From contig JADEYG010000003.1 of the NCBI GenBank assembly GCA_016906335.1, positions 1,302,001-1,366,000 on the forward strand: a DNA stretch of 64,000 bases, written 5' to 3'. The position numbers and the translations under genes are program-made. This document shows, one piece after another, positions 15,339 through 26,485 of this stretch (positions are counted from its first letter, which is position 1; every line of letters begins with the position of its first letter). Below the pieces are notes generated by a model. That model was not told the origin of the DNA, ran no database searches, and saw nothing but the letters and a program-made list of their open reading frames with translations. The DNA comes from Novakomyces olei (lineage: Eukaryota).

Positions 15339-16766
15339 TCATACGCGCTGTCCCGTATCCCGTTTGTGGTGGAACAACTTTCGTAGAGTAAAAAACCCGC
15401 TAGACCGATGATGGCTGCCACTCTCGTTGCTGCTGCCAGACTTTCCCGTTGAATTGTGAAGAGAATCACTGCCGCTGCCACCATCCCCGTATCCGTAACC
15501 ATAATCATCGGCCCTTTCTCCCTGTGGAGCACGCAAACTAGACATTCGTGTATGTTTACTCGGCGGCCGCTTACTTTTCAAACTGCTGTTTGTCGGTCGC
15601 AGGGATAAAGTGCGTGAAAGAAGCTTCAAAGGAAATAGTGAACGACCCTCTGAGACAACTACATCATTTTCATCTTCCGGTAAAGCCTCACGGGTAGGGT
15701 ATCGGTTACTCCCAATCCCCGAAGCCGGAGTAGTAGCCGTTGTGTGCACGGAAACAGCAGAGGAAAGCGGTGGCGAGAAAGAAAACGAAGGCGATGTCGA
15801 TCGTGTTGAAGAGGAGAGAGTGAGTGGGGGCGAAGGTGAAGAAGGATGTAGAGTTGGATTTAGACCGTTAGAAGAGGCTATACTAGAAGCCGAAATACTG
15901 CTGGCAGAAGGAATAGTAGGCATCCTCATAGGTGCCTGATGAGCCTGGTTAGTTCGCTGAGAAGGAGCAACGGCAGGCATCTCGGCGATAGCGCCCAGTG
16001 TCCGACGAGTACGCAAAGTCAGGCTCATCTCTGGATCAAAGCAACAGATCCAGGCAGCTGTATACAGGATTAACCGCTCGAGCCGGTCACTGCCCATAAT
16101 CCAGTGGTTCCTTATCTGTGGACCACCGACATCCTTCGGCACAACGATACAACTGTCAGTCAAGACAGCAAGCGGATCAAACATGGGCACTGGGAATATA
16201 TCATCAGCGTTATCGCAGACACAAAAGACCCAATTGTTTTTGCGCCGTCGTAACCACCGCAGTCGAACGTAGTACCGTGAAGCGTAGCATAAGGGCATAG
16301 AAAAGTAATAACAAAGAGCCGATTCTTCCTCTGACAATTCAGAGTTGCTGCTGCTGCTGCTACTGCTGGAATTTTTGCTATTCTTTTGCCTTGCTTTGCT
16401 GTTCTTGCTATTGTTGTATCCTTGAGACCGGTAATCGCCTCTACCAGCGGTAGATGTCTCCACATCTAGTCGCAAGTTAATTGTTCCAAAGGTAAGACTT
16501 TGCCTTTCCAGCGTCACATCAAAGTGGGCCGCAGAACCGGGTGTACTATTCCGCGGAAGAACACGGTACGCGTGGTTACAGCGTCGCAACGGGACCGTGT
16601 CAATGACTGGTTTCGCCTTGTATGTGGGAAAAGATTGCTGGAGCAGACGGAACTGAACTACCGGCTGTGAAGAATGATGATGGAAAGCAGATTTTTTGCT
16701 TGGCGGAGGTAGTGCCAAGTCATAGCGTTTGAGATCCGAGAACGCTGGTGTGGCCGAGGATGCCAT
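15339..16766 (-). CDS. Hypothetical protein, 475 aa (globular N-half, Ser/Pro-rich disordered C-half)
   Basis: Long ATG-initiated ORF with AT-rich flanks; no family recognised. Confidence 0.7.
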   Translation of the reverse strand: MASSATPAFSDLKRYDLALPPPSKKSAFHHHSSQPVVQFRLLQQSFPTYKAKPVIDTVPLRRCNHAYRVLPRNSTPGSAAHFDVTLERQSLTFGTINLRLDVETSTAGRGDYRSQGYNNSKNSKARQKNSKNSSSSSSSSNSELSEEESALCYYFSMPLCYASRYYVRLRWLRRRKNNWVFCVCDNADDIFPVPMFDPLAVLTDSCIVVPKDVGGPQIRNHWIMGSDRLERLILYTAAWICCFDPEMSLTLRTRRTLGAIAEMPAVAPSQRTNQAHQAPMRMPTIPSASSISASSIASSNGLNPTLHPSSPSPPLTLSSSTRSTSPSFSFSPPLSSAVSVHTTATTPASGIGSNRYPTREALPEDENDVVVSEGRSLFPLKLLSRTLSLRPTNSSLKSKRPPSKHTRMSSLRAPQGERADDYGYGYGDGGSGSDSLHNSTGKSGSSNESGSHHRSSGFFTLRKLFHHKRDTGQRV

Positions 16767-18152
16767 TATCGCTCATGCTAAGGAAGTACGGCAAATTTGA
16801 AAAACGTCGTAACGAGTCACGGATCTTTTGGAAGATCGGTATACCCCGGATAGAGCCACAATAAATTCTACTTTCCCCTTTAATTATTTTTTTGTCGTCT
16901 TCCTTCCCTTGAACTCTCCCTGCTCTTTAAAGAAGCAAGTCGAGGTCTTGTGACCCAGTCTATCGACGAAGGATACTCGTTCCAACTCGAAGGCAATTTT
17001 CAATCGAGTTGTCTCCACTCGTATAAATTTGCTTTTATTACAAGGTTTAGATCCGGCTGCAATATTATATGCATTTATATATATTGTGTGAATTACAAAT
17101 GATTATACAAATCCTTCACATCGTATAATTTGCTACGTAATTTTATACGGAGTATATACAAATCCGTACATCGGACCTACACGCATTGCCAAGATAAGTC
17201 GTTATTCGAAAAACTATTCAAGCAAGCAATAGGACTTGTGTACACAATGCTCAAATAGTCAATGAAAGCAAGGAGGGACCCTTTGCTGTTCCTCTTGCAC
17301 GTGACTCATCCCTACATTATTACAAATGCTGCTTATTAGAAACAGCTTTCAAACAATAAAAAGTATACATTGGTCTCCCCCCGTATCCTCTTTTCATCAG
17401 TTATTACAAATGTTTTTCTATATATTACAAATACAACTAACAGCTTCGACCCTTTTACTCCATGCTCTTCTTACTGCATTTAGCTGTCAAAATATAAGGT
17501 TGGACCTGAATCTCCCTTTATCCATGCCCGAATCGGCCGACCGAAACTCCGATACGACGGACCGACTCATAGATATGTCAAGCCGATGTTTAATATTAAA
17601 TCCACCTTATATGCTTTTGGTTCGGTTTCGGTTAAAATGTTTCCGGAATGTTTACCGATCGACAATAAATCTGCATAATTTTGGCACAACAATTTATACC
17701 TCGGAGCCGATGAAAGATAATTAATTACTTGGGAAGACTTTTCACATGCGAAAAAATTGCGCGCCTGCAGCTCAGTACTAAAAATGACATGAAAAGATCA
17801 CATTTATCTATACTTATATATAAATGATTTTGGTTTTGTTCTTTAAAGTAATATCCAACTGGCACTAATATTACTTGATGTACCTTGCTAGTTCTAACGC
17901 ATGGCAGCGATCAATATAATCTGGCCCGCCTAATGTTTGGTGGAAAATAACAAAATGTTAATCAAATAATTGTGCTGAGCGAATATATACTGTAGCCCAA
18001 ATGAAAATAAACAAAATAAAGTATTAATCTATCAACCAGTTAGCGGCATTACCAATCAATAGACACAATCGACACAATCATACAATGTACATCTTCCCCA
18101 AAGTCAATTACACTTATCTATATACGTCTAATTTAATTGACTCTATACTGGT

Positions 18153-19750
18153 TTATTTATCGTCCGACCTCTCGATCCCCACATATACAGCCCACCGCGT
18201 ATTAGCAATGTTGCCAGAATCGCTCATTATATCACGCACTCTCTGTGCCGTACGTGACTGCATTGCCAGCTCTGCAGTTTCTCCCATTGGTCCTCCCAGT
18301 AAACGCACACTCAAGACTGCTAGGCCTTGCTGTGGCAGAGGCTGCCATACCTGTGCACGGACTGCAGCTCCTGGTCCCGTGTCTTTTGCTGTCTGAACAC
18401 AGGCTTCCACGTCACAATCACCAGGACTCGCCATCAGTAACATTCGGCCTAGTCTTGATAGCAAATGTATCGCTATCCAGCACATTGCTAGTGCTGCTAC
18501 CGTCGATAGGACATGATCAGCAGATTGCTCCAGCGTTAAGCCTGTAATAGCAGACAGAAGTAGAACTGCCAAAGGCCCGAGGGACAGTGCTTCAATAATC
18601 GGTAGCCTCTGCAGCTCCCGGCTCATTATGCTCTGAAGGCGAGCAGTAGCAGATGGGAGAGCAACTGCTCTTGTTGCAGACAGAAGAAAGGCTGTAGCTA
18701 AAACAGCAACAAATCCTTGCTTATTAGATCCTACAACAACACTGCTCTGCGAATGGCGGTGAGCATGTTCCGTTTGTTCAACTGGCTGAATAAAAACTGC
18801 ATCCTCAATAGGCTCTCTCAGTAGAATGAGACCATTGTAGAGAAGAAGCATGGAGAGAGCGAAATCTCCTAGTACAGCACTGTGTTGAAGACCAAAAGGC
18901 ATTCCAATTGACGGAGTTTTCCAAACATCAAAGGCATCCATACCTTCAAAGACCGCATTCATAGCTACACAGAATGCTTCGAATACAAGAGCACAAACAG
19001 CACCTGCCTGCAGACGTGTGTGGCCAGCGTCGAGCGCATAAAGGAAAACAGATAGTGTTAATAGAGCAAAGCTCAACGCAAATTGCAGTTTTTGTCTTTG
19101 TCCCAGCATTCCAGCAAACTCGCGTAGTGTTGGAACTGGGAACGATTCACGAAACGTTAGTGGCGCTCGTGATTTGGGTGGTAAGAAGAATTGCTGAGAG
19201 AGCGAGTGTTTGTGATGATGGCCTCGGCGGTGACTCTGGATTATCAGGTTAGCAAATAAAAGTCATTGAAAATTAAAAAGGTTGTGATATTCATAAAAAC
19301 CGAGCCTTAGCCTACTTATCATCGAACGTAGACCGTCGAGACAAATAGACAGCTAATAAATAAAAAAGAAATTGTCAATTTTCTGAAAAAGAATCCTACA
19401 GGTCTGGCGGGACTCGGTGCTAAATGCGGACTAAGTCGGCCGTTCAAATTAGCAGTAGCAACGCCACGTTCTGGTGAGGGCGTGCGTAATTGTGCGGCCG
19501 GTGATAAGTCGCGTCTTTGAGGTGAAGGAAGCCGTGGTGGGACTTTGAATCGTGAAGGAGTCGATAAATGTGTGCGACCCCTTGGACTAAAATCATTCTC
19601 ACCCACTGGCGACGGAGAGCGTAGCGGCAATTTGGTTTGCTGAGGCAGTAACGATGGCAAAAACACGTCTTCATTTCCATCTGAGCGTACCGGCTCCGAG
19701 TCCCGTGACAACTCGCGCCGAAGAGGGCTCGGCGAGCGTACACGAGCCAT
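18153..19750 (-). CDS. ZRG17: Zrg17-like cation diffusion facilitator (exons 19750-19400, 19235-18153)
   Basis: The spliced product has RRGHHHKHSLSQQFFLPP..RAPL..S.P.PT (Zrg17-type N-terminal motif) and PFGL....VL.DF....LLL...LREPIE (CDF TM segment). Confidence 0.75.
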
Positions 19751-20421
19751 TCGGGCTGTGCGACCTTTACGCTGTTCGCGTAAGGTTCCTTCCGTTTAAT
19801 CCGATGTTGTGCAAGCAGACGGGAAAAGAAGCGTGCACATGTCCAGCAAATAGTCTTGTGCTCATGTATAAATTACATATATTAATTATAAAGCTGGCCT
19901 TTTTTGCAGATACATACTCTCTGGCACTGTTACTTGCTTGAAACTATGGTGCTACTTGGCATAATATAAAGTAATCATAAATCAATCCAGAGTGTTGTTA
20001 TGTTGAGTTTACAAGTCAGTAAATTAGCTTGAATGTCATCTAAATCTGAATCTGGGTGCCCGCTGTACTTGCATAGTCTTCTATCCAAGTCACATACTAA
20101 AACTTTCAATCCTCAGCATTATTTTGCTTAATCTAATGTTACCTGACTGACCCTAACCCTGTGTGCAACCTTTAGTTAAATTTACTTGTTTTAATATATG
20201 CGAATGCTAGCCAAGCGTTTTATTTTTTGGCCAGAATAATATCGACAGTGTTTTCTACGATTTCAACATACTGTAATTGTTATATTAAGACACGCTTTAC
20301 CGTACTCCTCTTGGGTTCCTCATAGTAAAATATCAACCAAAAAAGTAGGGATTAATGTGCGGGGCCTTGTATACGCGTACCATATATATAAACTCATATA
20401 AGCCAATGAGTCTTGGGTACA

Positions 20422-20858
20422 ATGGCGGCCGAGACGCAGGGAGACATAGTCCCACCGAGCAATACCATCACAGAACCTCAAAGCGTTGAGAGCAGCAGCG
20501 ATGGCATTGCGCTGAGCAGTAGCAGCACTGCTGCCCCAACTCACTCAGCGTCAATCCATGAGATCTCGTTCAAGGTACGTGGCACCGCATCATTCTTGCC
20601 GCTTCCAATTCTCTTTATCCTCGGAATATCGATTGCCTTCAACTGGAATCTAACTGCATTTAGATTGAAAGTATAATTGAGCGGCTCGAGTCCGATATCC
20701 GTGAAAAAACGCGTTCAGTCTTGGACCAGATTGAATCTATAGGCGATCGAGCTGATCGCCTACAGGAAAACGTTAGCCAGTTGGTCGCGGAGGCAGATGC
20801 TCAGCGGACTCATTCCGTTATATCACAGCCTCATACTGTCGCATCTACATCCAGATAA
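20422..20858 (+). CDS. Heat shock factor-binding protein 1 (HSBP1)-like coiled-coil protein (exons 20422-20574, 20664-20858)
   Basis: Intron GTACGT..CTAAC..TAG. Exon 2 reads IESIIERLESDIREKTRSVLDQIESIGDRADRLQENVSQLVAEA, which resembles the HSBP1 heptad pattern. Confidence 0.65.
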
Positions 20859-21006
20859 CACAAACTGTATGATACTTGCATTCGTTCGACATGGATTCTC
20901 GAGATGAATCCAAACGAAAGACGACAAATACCCTAATTAAGCTACGGTGAAATTTATAATATTGCTAATTGATGAATTCATTTGCCCTAAAGTTCAATAC
21001 CAGACT

Positions 21007-22137
21007 CTAATTTTCTTGTTGCACATTCATATGCAGAGCACGCTCGCCTGCGCCTGGAGCTGCCGCGTCAAACTCGCCCTTATCATTCAACCCGTCGTGG
21101 CCTTTTACATGAGGCAAATCGACATGACCTTCTTCAAGTGCCTTGGAAGTGCTGTTAACAGTTGATGGAGATGCACCCTTACTACCGGAATGATCTCCCA
21201 ATGATTGCTCCTGCGACTCAAGGCTGCGTGTCGTAGAAGGTTTATCCGTATGCTTGGGAATACCAGGTGCCCTATCTCCAAGGGTCTGCTCTGCTGATTC
21301 GAGACTGCTTGCAGTTGAAGATTTGTTGGGATTGTTTTGCATTTTTGCGCCTTTGTCGCCTAAAGACTGCTCTGCCGATTCAAGGCCGCTTGTAGTTGAG
21401 GGCTTTTTGGAGTTACCTCCCAATTTTGCGCCTTTGTCGCCTAAAGACTGCTCTGCCGATTCAAGGCCGCTCGTAGTTGAGGGCTTGCTGGAAAAATTTG
21501 CACCCTTATCTCCTATATCTTTCTCTTCAGCTTCTAGGGTACTGGTCTCATTCTTGCCTTTACCGCCAAGTGCCCCAGATACGTAGCTAGCGGTAGAGGA
21601 TACAATGCTGCCACTTCCAGTAGACTGCGACGACTTTTGTCTTGTAGCAGGCAAAGAATCAGCTTTGCCTGCCTCTTGGCCAGTAACACTTTCTTCCTCG
21701 CCGTCGTCCTTTTTGCCAGCATCCGCAGCTACAGCTGCTGCCGCTGCCATAGCTCTATCGTGCTGGCTGCTTCCGCCTTGCACATGAATGCCCACTTTTT
21801 CACGAGAACTCGTTGGGGCTTTGTCCCGTAGAGCAGAGCCCTCTAAATGTCCGGAAACTGAGTCACTGCTGCTGCTGCTCCTCTTGCTCTCAGACAAAGA
21901 CTCTTGCTCTTTAGACTTTTCCGCGTCACCCGAGCCAAAAGCGCTGCTTACATAGTTAATTGCTTCAGAAATGAGCCCGCCCGCTCCATCAGACTTGTTG
22001 GCTTGCTCCATACTGGGATCGTCAGTAGCATTGTCTTTTGCTGTGGAGGGGATGCCGCCGGGCATCGGGTAGTCATTCTGATCGGCACCGCCCGAGCGGG
22101 TCTGATTTGCAGTTTTCGATTCAGAAGCAGTGGACAT
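21007..22137 (-). CDS. Hydrophilic, hydrophilin/LEA-like protein with ~27-aa repeats
   Basis: G/S/K/E-rich ORF from ATG 22137; repeats of KPSTTSGLESAEQSLGDKGAK. Confidence 0.7.
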   Translation of the reverse strand: MSTASESKTANQTRSGGADQNDYPMPGGIPSTAKDNATDDPSMEQANKSDGAGGLISEAINYVSSAFGSGDAEKSKEQESLSESKRSSSSSDSVSGHLEGSALRDKAPTSSREKVGIHVQGGSSQHDRAMAAAAAVAADAGKKDDGEEESVTGQEAGKADSLPATRQKSSQSTGSGSIVSSTASYVSGALGGKGKNETSTLEAEEKDIGDKGANFSSKPSTTSGLESAEQSLGDKGAKLGGNSKKPSTTSGLESAEQSLGDKGAKMQNNPNKSSTASSLESAEQTLGDRAPGIPKHTDKPSTTRSLESQEQSLGDHSGSKGASPSTVNSTSKALEEGHVDLPHVKGHDGLNDKGEFDAAAPGAGERALHMNVQQEN

Positions 22138-23043
22138 TGGTGGTTCACTCAATTGAGGACAAATTAAATGAGCCCCGTAAATGCAAAGCAACAGAGTTGT
22201 TTGAGCTGAGAATGAGTTTGTTGTTGAAAGTCGCACACACAATAGCCGATTGGTTAGCTATTGTGTCACTTTTGAGTTCGCTTGGAGAGTAGCACAGTAT
22301 TAATACTGAGTCTGATTGTGCATGCGTGATTCCAGCGTACGACGTCGTCATTGTCTCCTTACGGATGACATCACACAATGGACTATGTTGACGAGCATCG
22401 GCTATTTTGCTTGTTCCTGCAGCGTATGTAATTAGGAAAACGCGATTTTTAAAGCTATTTTCAAGTATGCAAAGCCAACCATGGGCTTCTATTGAATTTA
22501 GGGAATATTAAAGCGGGGATTGTTAGTATACGTTTGCTTACAAGTCATTTATACGACCAAATGCGTGATTTTTGTTCACCCATATCTTTATCATATGTAG
22601 CGTAGATCAATCAACTGACTGACTCACAGTGGATTCAATAAATGTGATAAATTTAATTTACTGGAGTATATTGCTAGGGGAAAAATTTCAACATTATTGT
22701 GGACGGCACATTATCTCTGCAAGGTTTGTACAACTGCCGAGCTCTTTTTATGCACTTGATGTGATCCTTAGTGTGGGGGACAAACAGTTTCTATACATAA
22801 TTATTATTATCAGACCGCACCTCAAACTACCGCTGCAGATCTCAGTACTACTATAATTTGATGTATTACGTCATATCTACCGTCTATCTTATGACAAAAC
22901 AAAACTTTAATTAAACTTTCTAGTTATTATGCAATCAACTTGTAAGCTGCAATTGTTTTGTACTTTAATTTACGTGGCTCAAGAAAAGAATCTCGTTCTT
23001 TTAATGCCGATAGTACGTTATGCGTTTAAAATTGAATGCCCAT

Positions 23044-24259
23044 TCATGCCTTGGACGAAGCATTCAATTTTGTCGGGCCCACTTTAAGAAGAGATTTGCC
23101 TACATTGGCACCAACAAATAGCTTGTTTAGTGCTTCTGGAGCCGCCTCCAGACCATTATATATAGTCTCACGAGTCTTGAGCTTTCCTTCACCCCGCAAT
23201 TTCCCGAGAAACAGCTGCGCTTCAGGGAATATCGCAAGGTTATCGCTCCTAAAAAATTGGTAAGCTAGGGGATTAGAAAACGCAGATCTTACACAATAAA
23301 GCCCTGGTACTTGAGGCGCCTAGTAATGATGTTTGTGTAATTTTTCAATGCGTATGGGTGATCACCAAGATATTGCGAAATTGCACCACACGCTACAATA
23401 CGACCAAAGTCGGCAGCGAGGGCAAGGCATTCGTCCAAAATTTCTCCTCCGACTGTTCGGTAAGATAACACCATTCATTAACAGATAAAGGTTGCAACGC
23501 TGACGTAAATACAAACAAGACTATAAGAAAAGACAGGAGTAGTGACATTGATTTGAATATTATCTCACCATTGTCGTAATAAATATCAATTCCATCCGGA
23601 GTAGCACGACGCAACTGTTCCTTCCAATCCGCATCCTTGTAGTTTATGACAACATCAGCACCAATTTCACTGGCAAAGTCCAGTTTGTCGCGAGTTCCGG
23701 CGAGAGCCACAACCCGAGATCCAAAGGCCTTTGAAATCTGTACGGCAGTTGATCCAGTAGCTCCCCCGGCAGCGCTAATCACAACAGTATCATGCTTTTT
23801 ATCCTTAATTTCGCCAACACGCATGAGTCCGATATAAGCTGTTATTGCAGTCACCCCAAATGAGCTCAAGTAATCGGATTCAACGACTCCAGGCATAGCG
23901 GGCAATTTTCGTAGATTTTTAGCGTCCACAATAGCGAATTCCGTCAACCCCGACATACTAAACACCAGATCACCCTGGGCGAACTCGGGGCTCTTGCTTT
24001 CGCGCACATACCCCACAGAGTAAGCGTCCATAACGGCACCCAATTTCGCAGGTTCGCGATATCCTTTCCTGTCGCTCATCCAACCAACCATTGCCGGGTC
24101 GATGGAAATAAAACTCGCCTGGATTAGCGCCTGACCTGGATACAGGTCGTTTACTGTAGGAATTTGACGTGTTTCCAGCTCAAATACATTGCCAATGCCG
24201 ATCGGCTCACCGGATTTAGGGCGCGATTTTAAAATCAAGCTTTTGTATGTTGACGACAT
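23044..24259 (-). CDS. NADP-dependent alkenal reductase / prostaglandin reductase-like MDR oxidoreductase (3 exons)
   Basis: SIDPAM, GVTAITAYIGL, VVISAAGGATG, DIYYDN(V)GG, CGAISQY and GANVGK motifs. Confidence 0.9.
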
Positions 24260-24474
24260 TGCCTTTGGTTTTGCCTGTTGTGCTGGTTTTCGGGTTTCGG
24301 CTTGACTGCGCACAGAAGATATTGGAGAAATTAAAAGTACCGAGGCTACGTGCCTATGATATAATAATTATAAAAAGGCAGTCAAGTATAGGTATTATTA
24401 CATTATAAGTGTCGTCGATAACGTCTACTGCTAACACAAATTATGGGTTCATATTTTTGTTAATTAATTAACTA

Positions 24475-24503
24475 ATAAATAAATAAATAAATAAATAAAT
24501 AAA
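24475..24503. repeat. (AAAT)n microsatellite
   Basis: About 7 tandem AAAT units; similar TTTA runs at ~1243-1282 and 11830-11848. Confidence 0.85.
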
Positions 24504-24691
24504 TAGAATAAAAGCCGCGTAAATTATAACTATACTAGATGGCTATGTTGCTTAGTCAAACATCAATATTGCGATAATACTAGAGCGATACGGCAGGACG
24601 TCAAGACAGATAATTTATCGAATTATGAGGATGTCGAATTACAATCACCCAACAAATCTTTGTCCTTCAAGATAAGAGGAATTTGCATAAT

Positions 24692-25896
24692 ATGGCGCCA
24701 CTCGTGCGTACAAATTGCGGGCCTCCGCTACGTCTTATTGCCCGTGGAAAAGTTCGGGATATTTATGCAATTGACGGAGTCGAAGACGCACTTCTTTTCG
24801 TCGCCACAGATCGAATTAGTGCGTTTGATGTGATACTGGAGAATGTATGGTTTCTATAGTGCCAAGATTGCTGATCAGAGTCAGGGAATTAAAGACAAAG
24901 GCCGCGTACTCACGGCTGTATCCTCTTTCTGGTTTTCATACCTATCCGATACTTGTCCAAATCACCTTATCACAGCTGACATTGAAAAAATGCCGCCGTC
25001 TGTCTTGATGTATAGAGATCAGCTGGAAGGCCGCACAATGCTAGTCCGCAAGTTGCGCGTCCTACCAATCGAAGCAATCGTTCGCGGATATGTTTCTGGT
25101 AAGTACTTGCTCTAAAGTCTATTATCTTGTTCAGTCGCACGTTGCCTTTACTTTTTTAATTAATTGGCTGTTTTTCGTTACTGGCTTATATAATTTGGCG
25201 CAAAAGTCTAGCAGATGTATTCAATTATATGAAGTATATGTGTATTCAGTTTGTATTCAATTTCAACTGCTAACTATTCAGGCTCTGCTTGGAAAGAGTA
25301 TCTCAAGACTGGGACCGTTCACGGTATCCGAATGCCGGAAGGTTTACAAGAGTCTCAAGAACTCGAGCGACCAATTTTCACTCCTAGCACAAAAGCAGAG
25401 CAAGGACAGCATGGTATTACTTTATCATTTATTTTATTTTATTTTATTTTTTATTTTTATTTTTATTTGAAATTCCAAAATTCTTATTATAGACGAAAAT
25501 ATACATCCAGACAAGGCCAAAGAAATAATTGGTGAAAAGCACGCAGCAGAGGTCGAACGGCTTGCTCTTGCTCTTTATTCTAAAGCTAGAGAATACGCGA
25601 AATCAAAAGGCATTATTATTGCAGACACAAAATTTGAGTTTGGCGTTGATGAGAATGACAATGTTGTACTTGTCGACGAAGTGCTAACGCCGGATTCTTC
25701 ACGGTTTTGGCCGGCTAAGCTCTATCATGTTGGTGAATCACAGCCATCATTTGATAAGCAGTATTTGCGCGATTGGCTAATCGCATCTGGCCTGGATGGC
25801 AAAGATAGCACTACGATTTCGGAGGATGTGGCCCAAAACACTTCTTCCAAATACAAGGAAGTATACGAAATATTGACAGGGAAAGCATTCAATTAA
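24692..25896 (+). CDS. ADE1: SAICAR synthetase (4 exons)
   Basis: [63 protein letters not shown]. Confidence 0.96.
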
Positions 25897-26485
25897 TCTG
25901 TCCAAATTCATTATCGTAGGACGATTAGTTCAGGCAAACAATAGCAAACCGCATATATACCTTTGTATAATGTGATAGACTTTACAGAATCAAGCGCGCT
26001 TCAATGCGTTTGACACAGATTTTTGCAAGCAAGCATTTAACGCGCGATAATTACGATAGTTGCAACGAGGACATTACACGAAACGTGTATTGTAGAGATT
26101 GAACATAATTTCATATATTTATACCATAATTATGTATAACAACTACATTATATAATATTGATTAGCCAACCCCACCCGATTTATATGCACAACAGATATA
26201 TGCACAACAGAGCTCCCAGCTCAGGAAAATTAAAAAAATAAAATAAAGCCCACACCCAGACAGCGATCCATTCTATGCCATTTCCATTTCTCCCGATAAT
26301 TACGGTCTTAATGCAGATATCTTCTGCTCTTTCTCTCTCCCTTCTCCATCCTTCAAGCATCGACACGAAAATTAAATAATAAAGATTATAATAAAAATGT
26401 AATTAAGGGAAAAAATAAAACAAATATACCAGGTAAAAAAGAGAATTTGAAATTTAACAAATATCTAGACAATCGAGATGAGGTA

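Noticed and set aside
17326-17724. 132-aa plus-strand ORF
   Set aside because: Intergenic composition, no motif.
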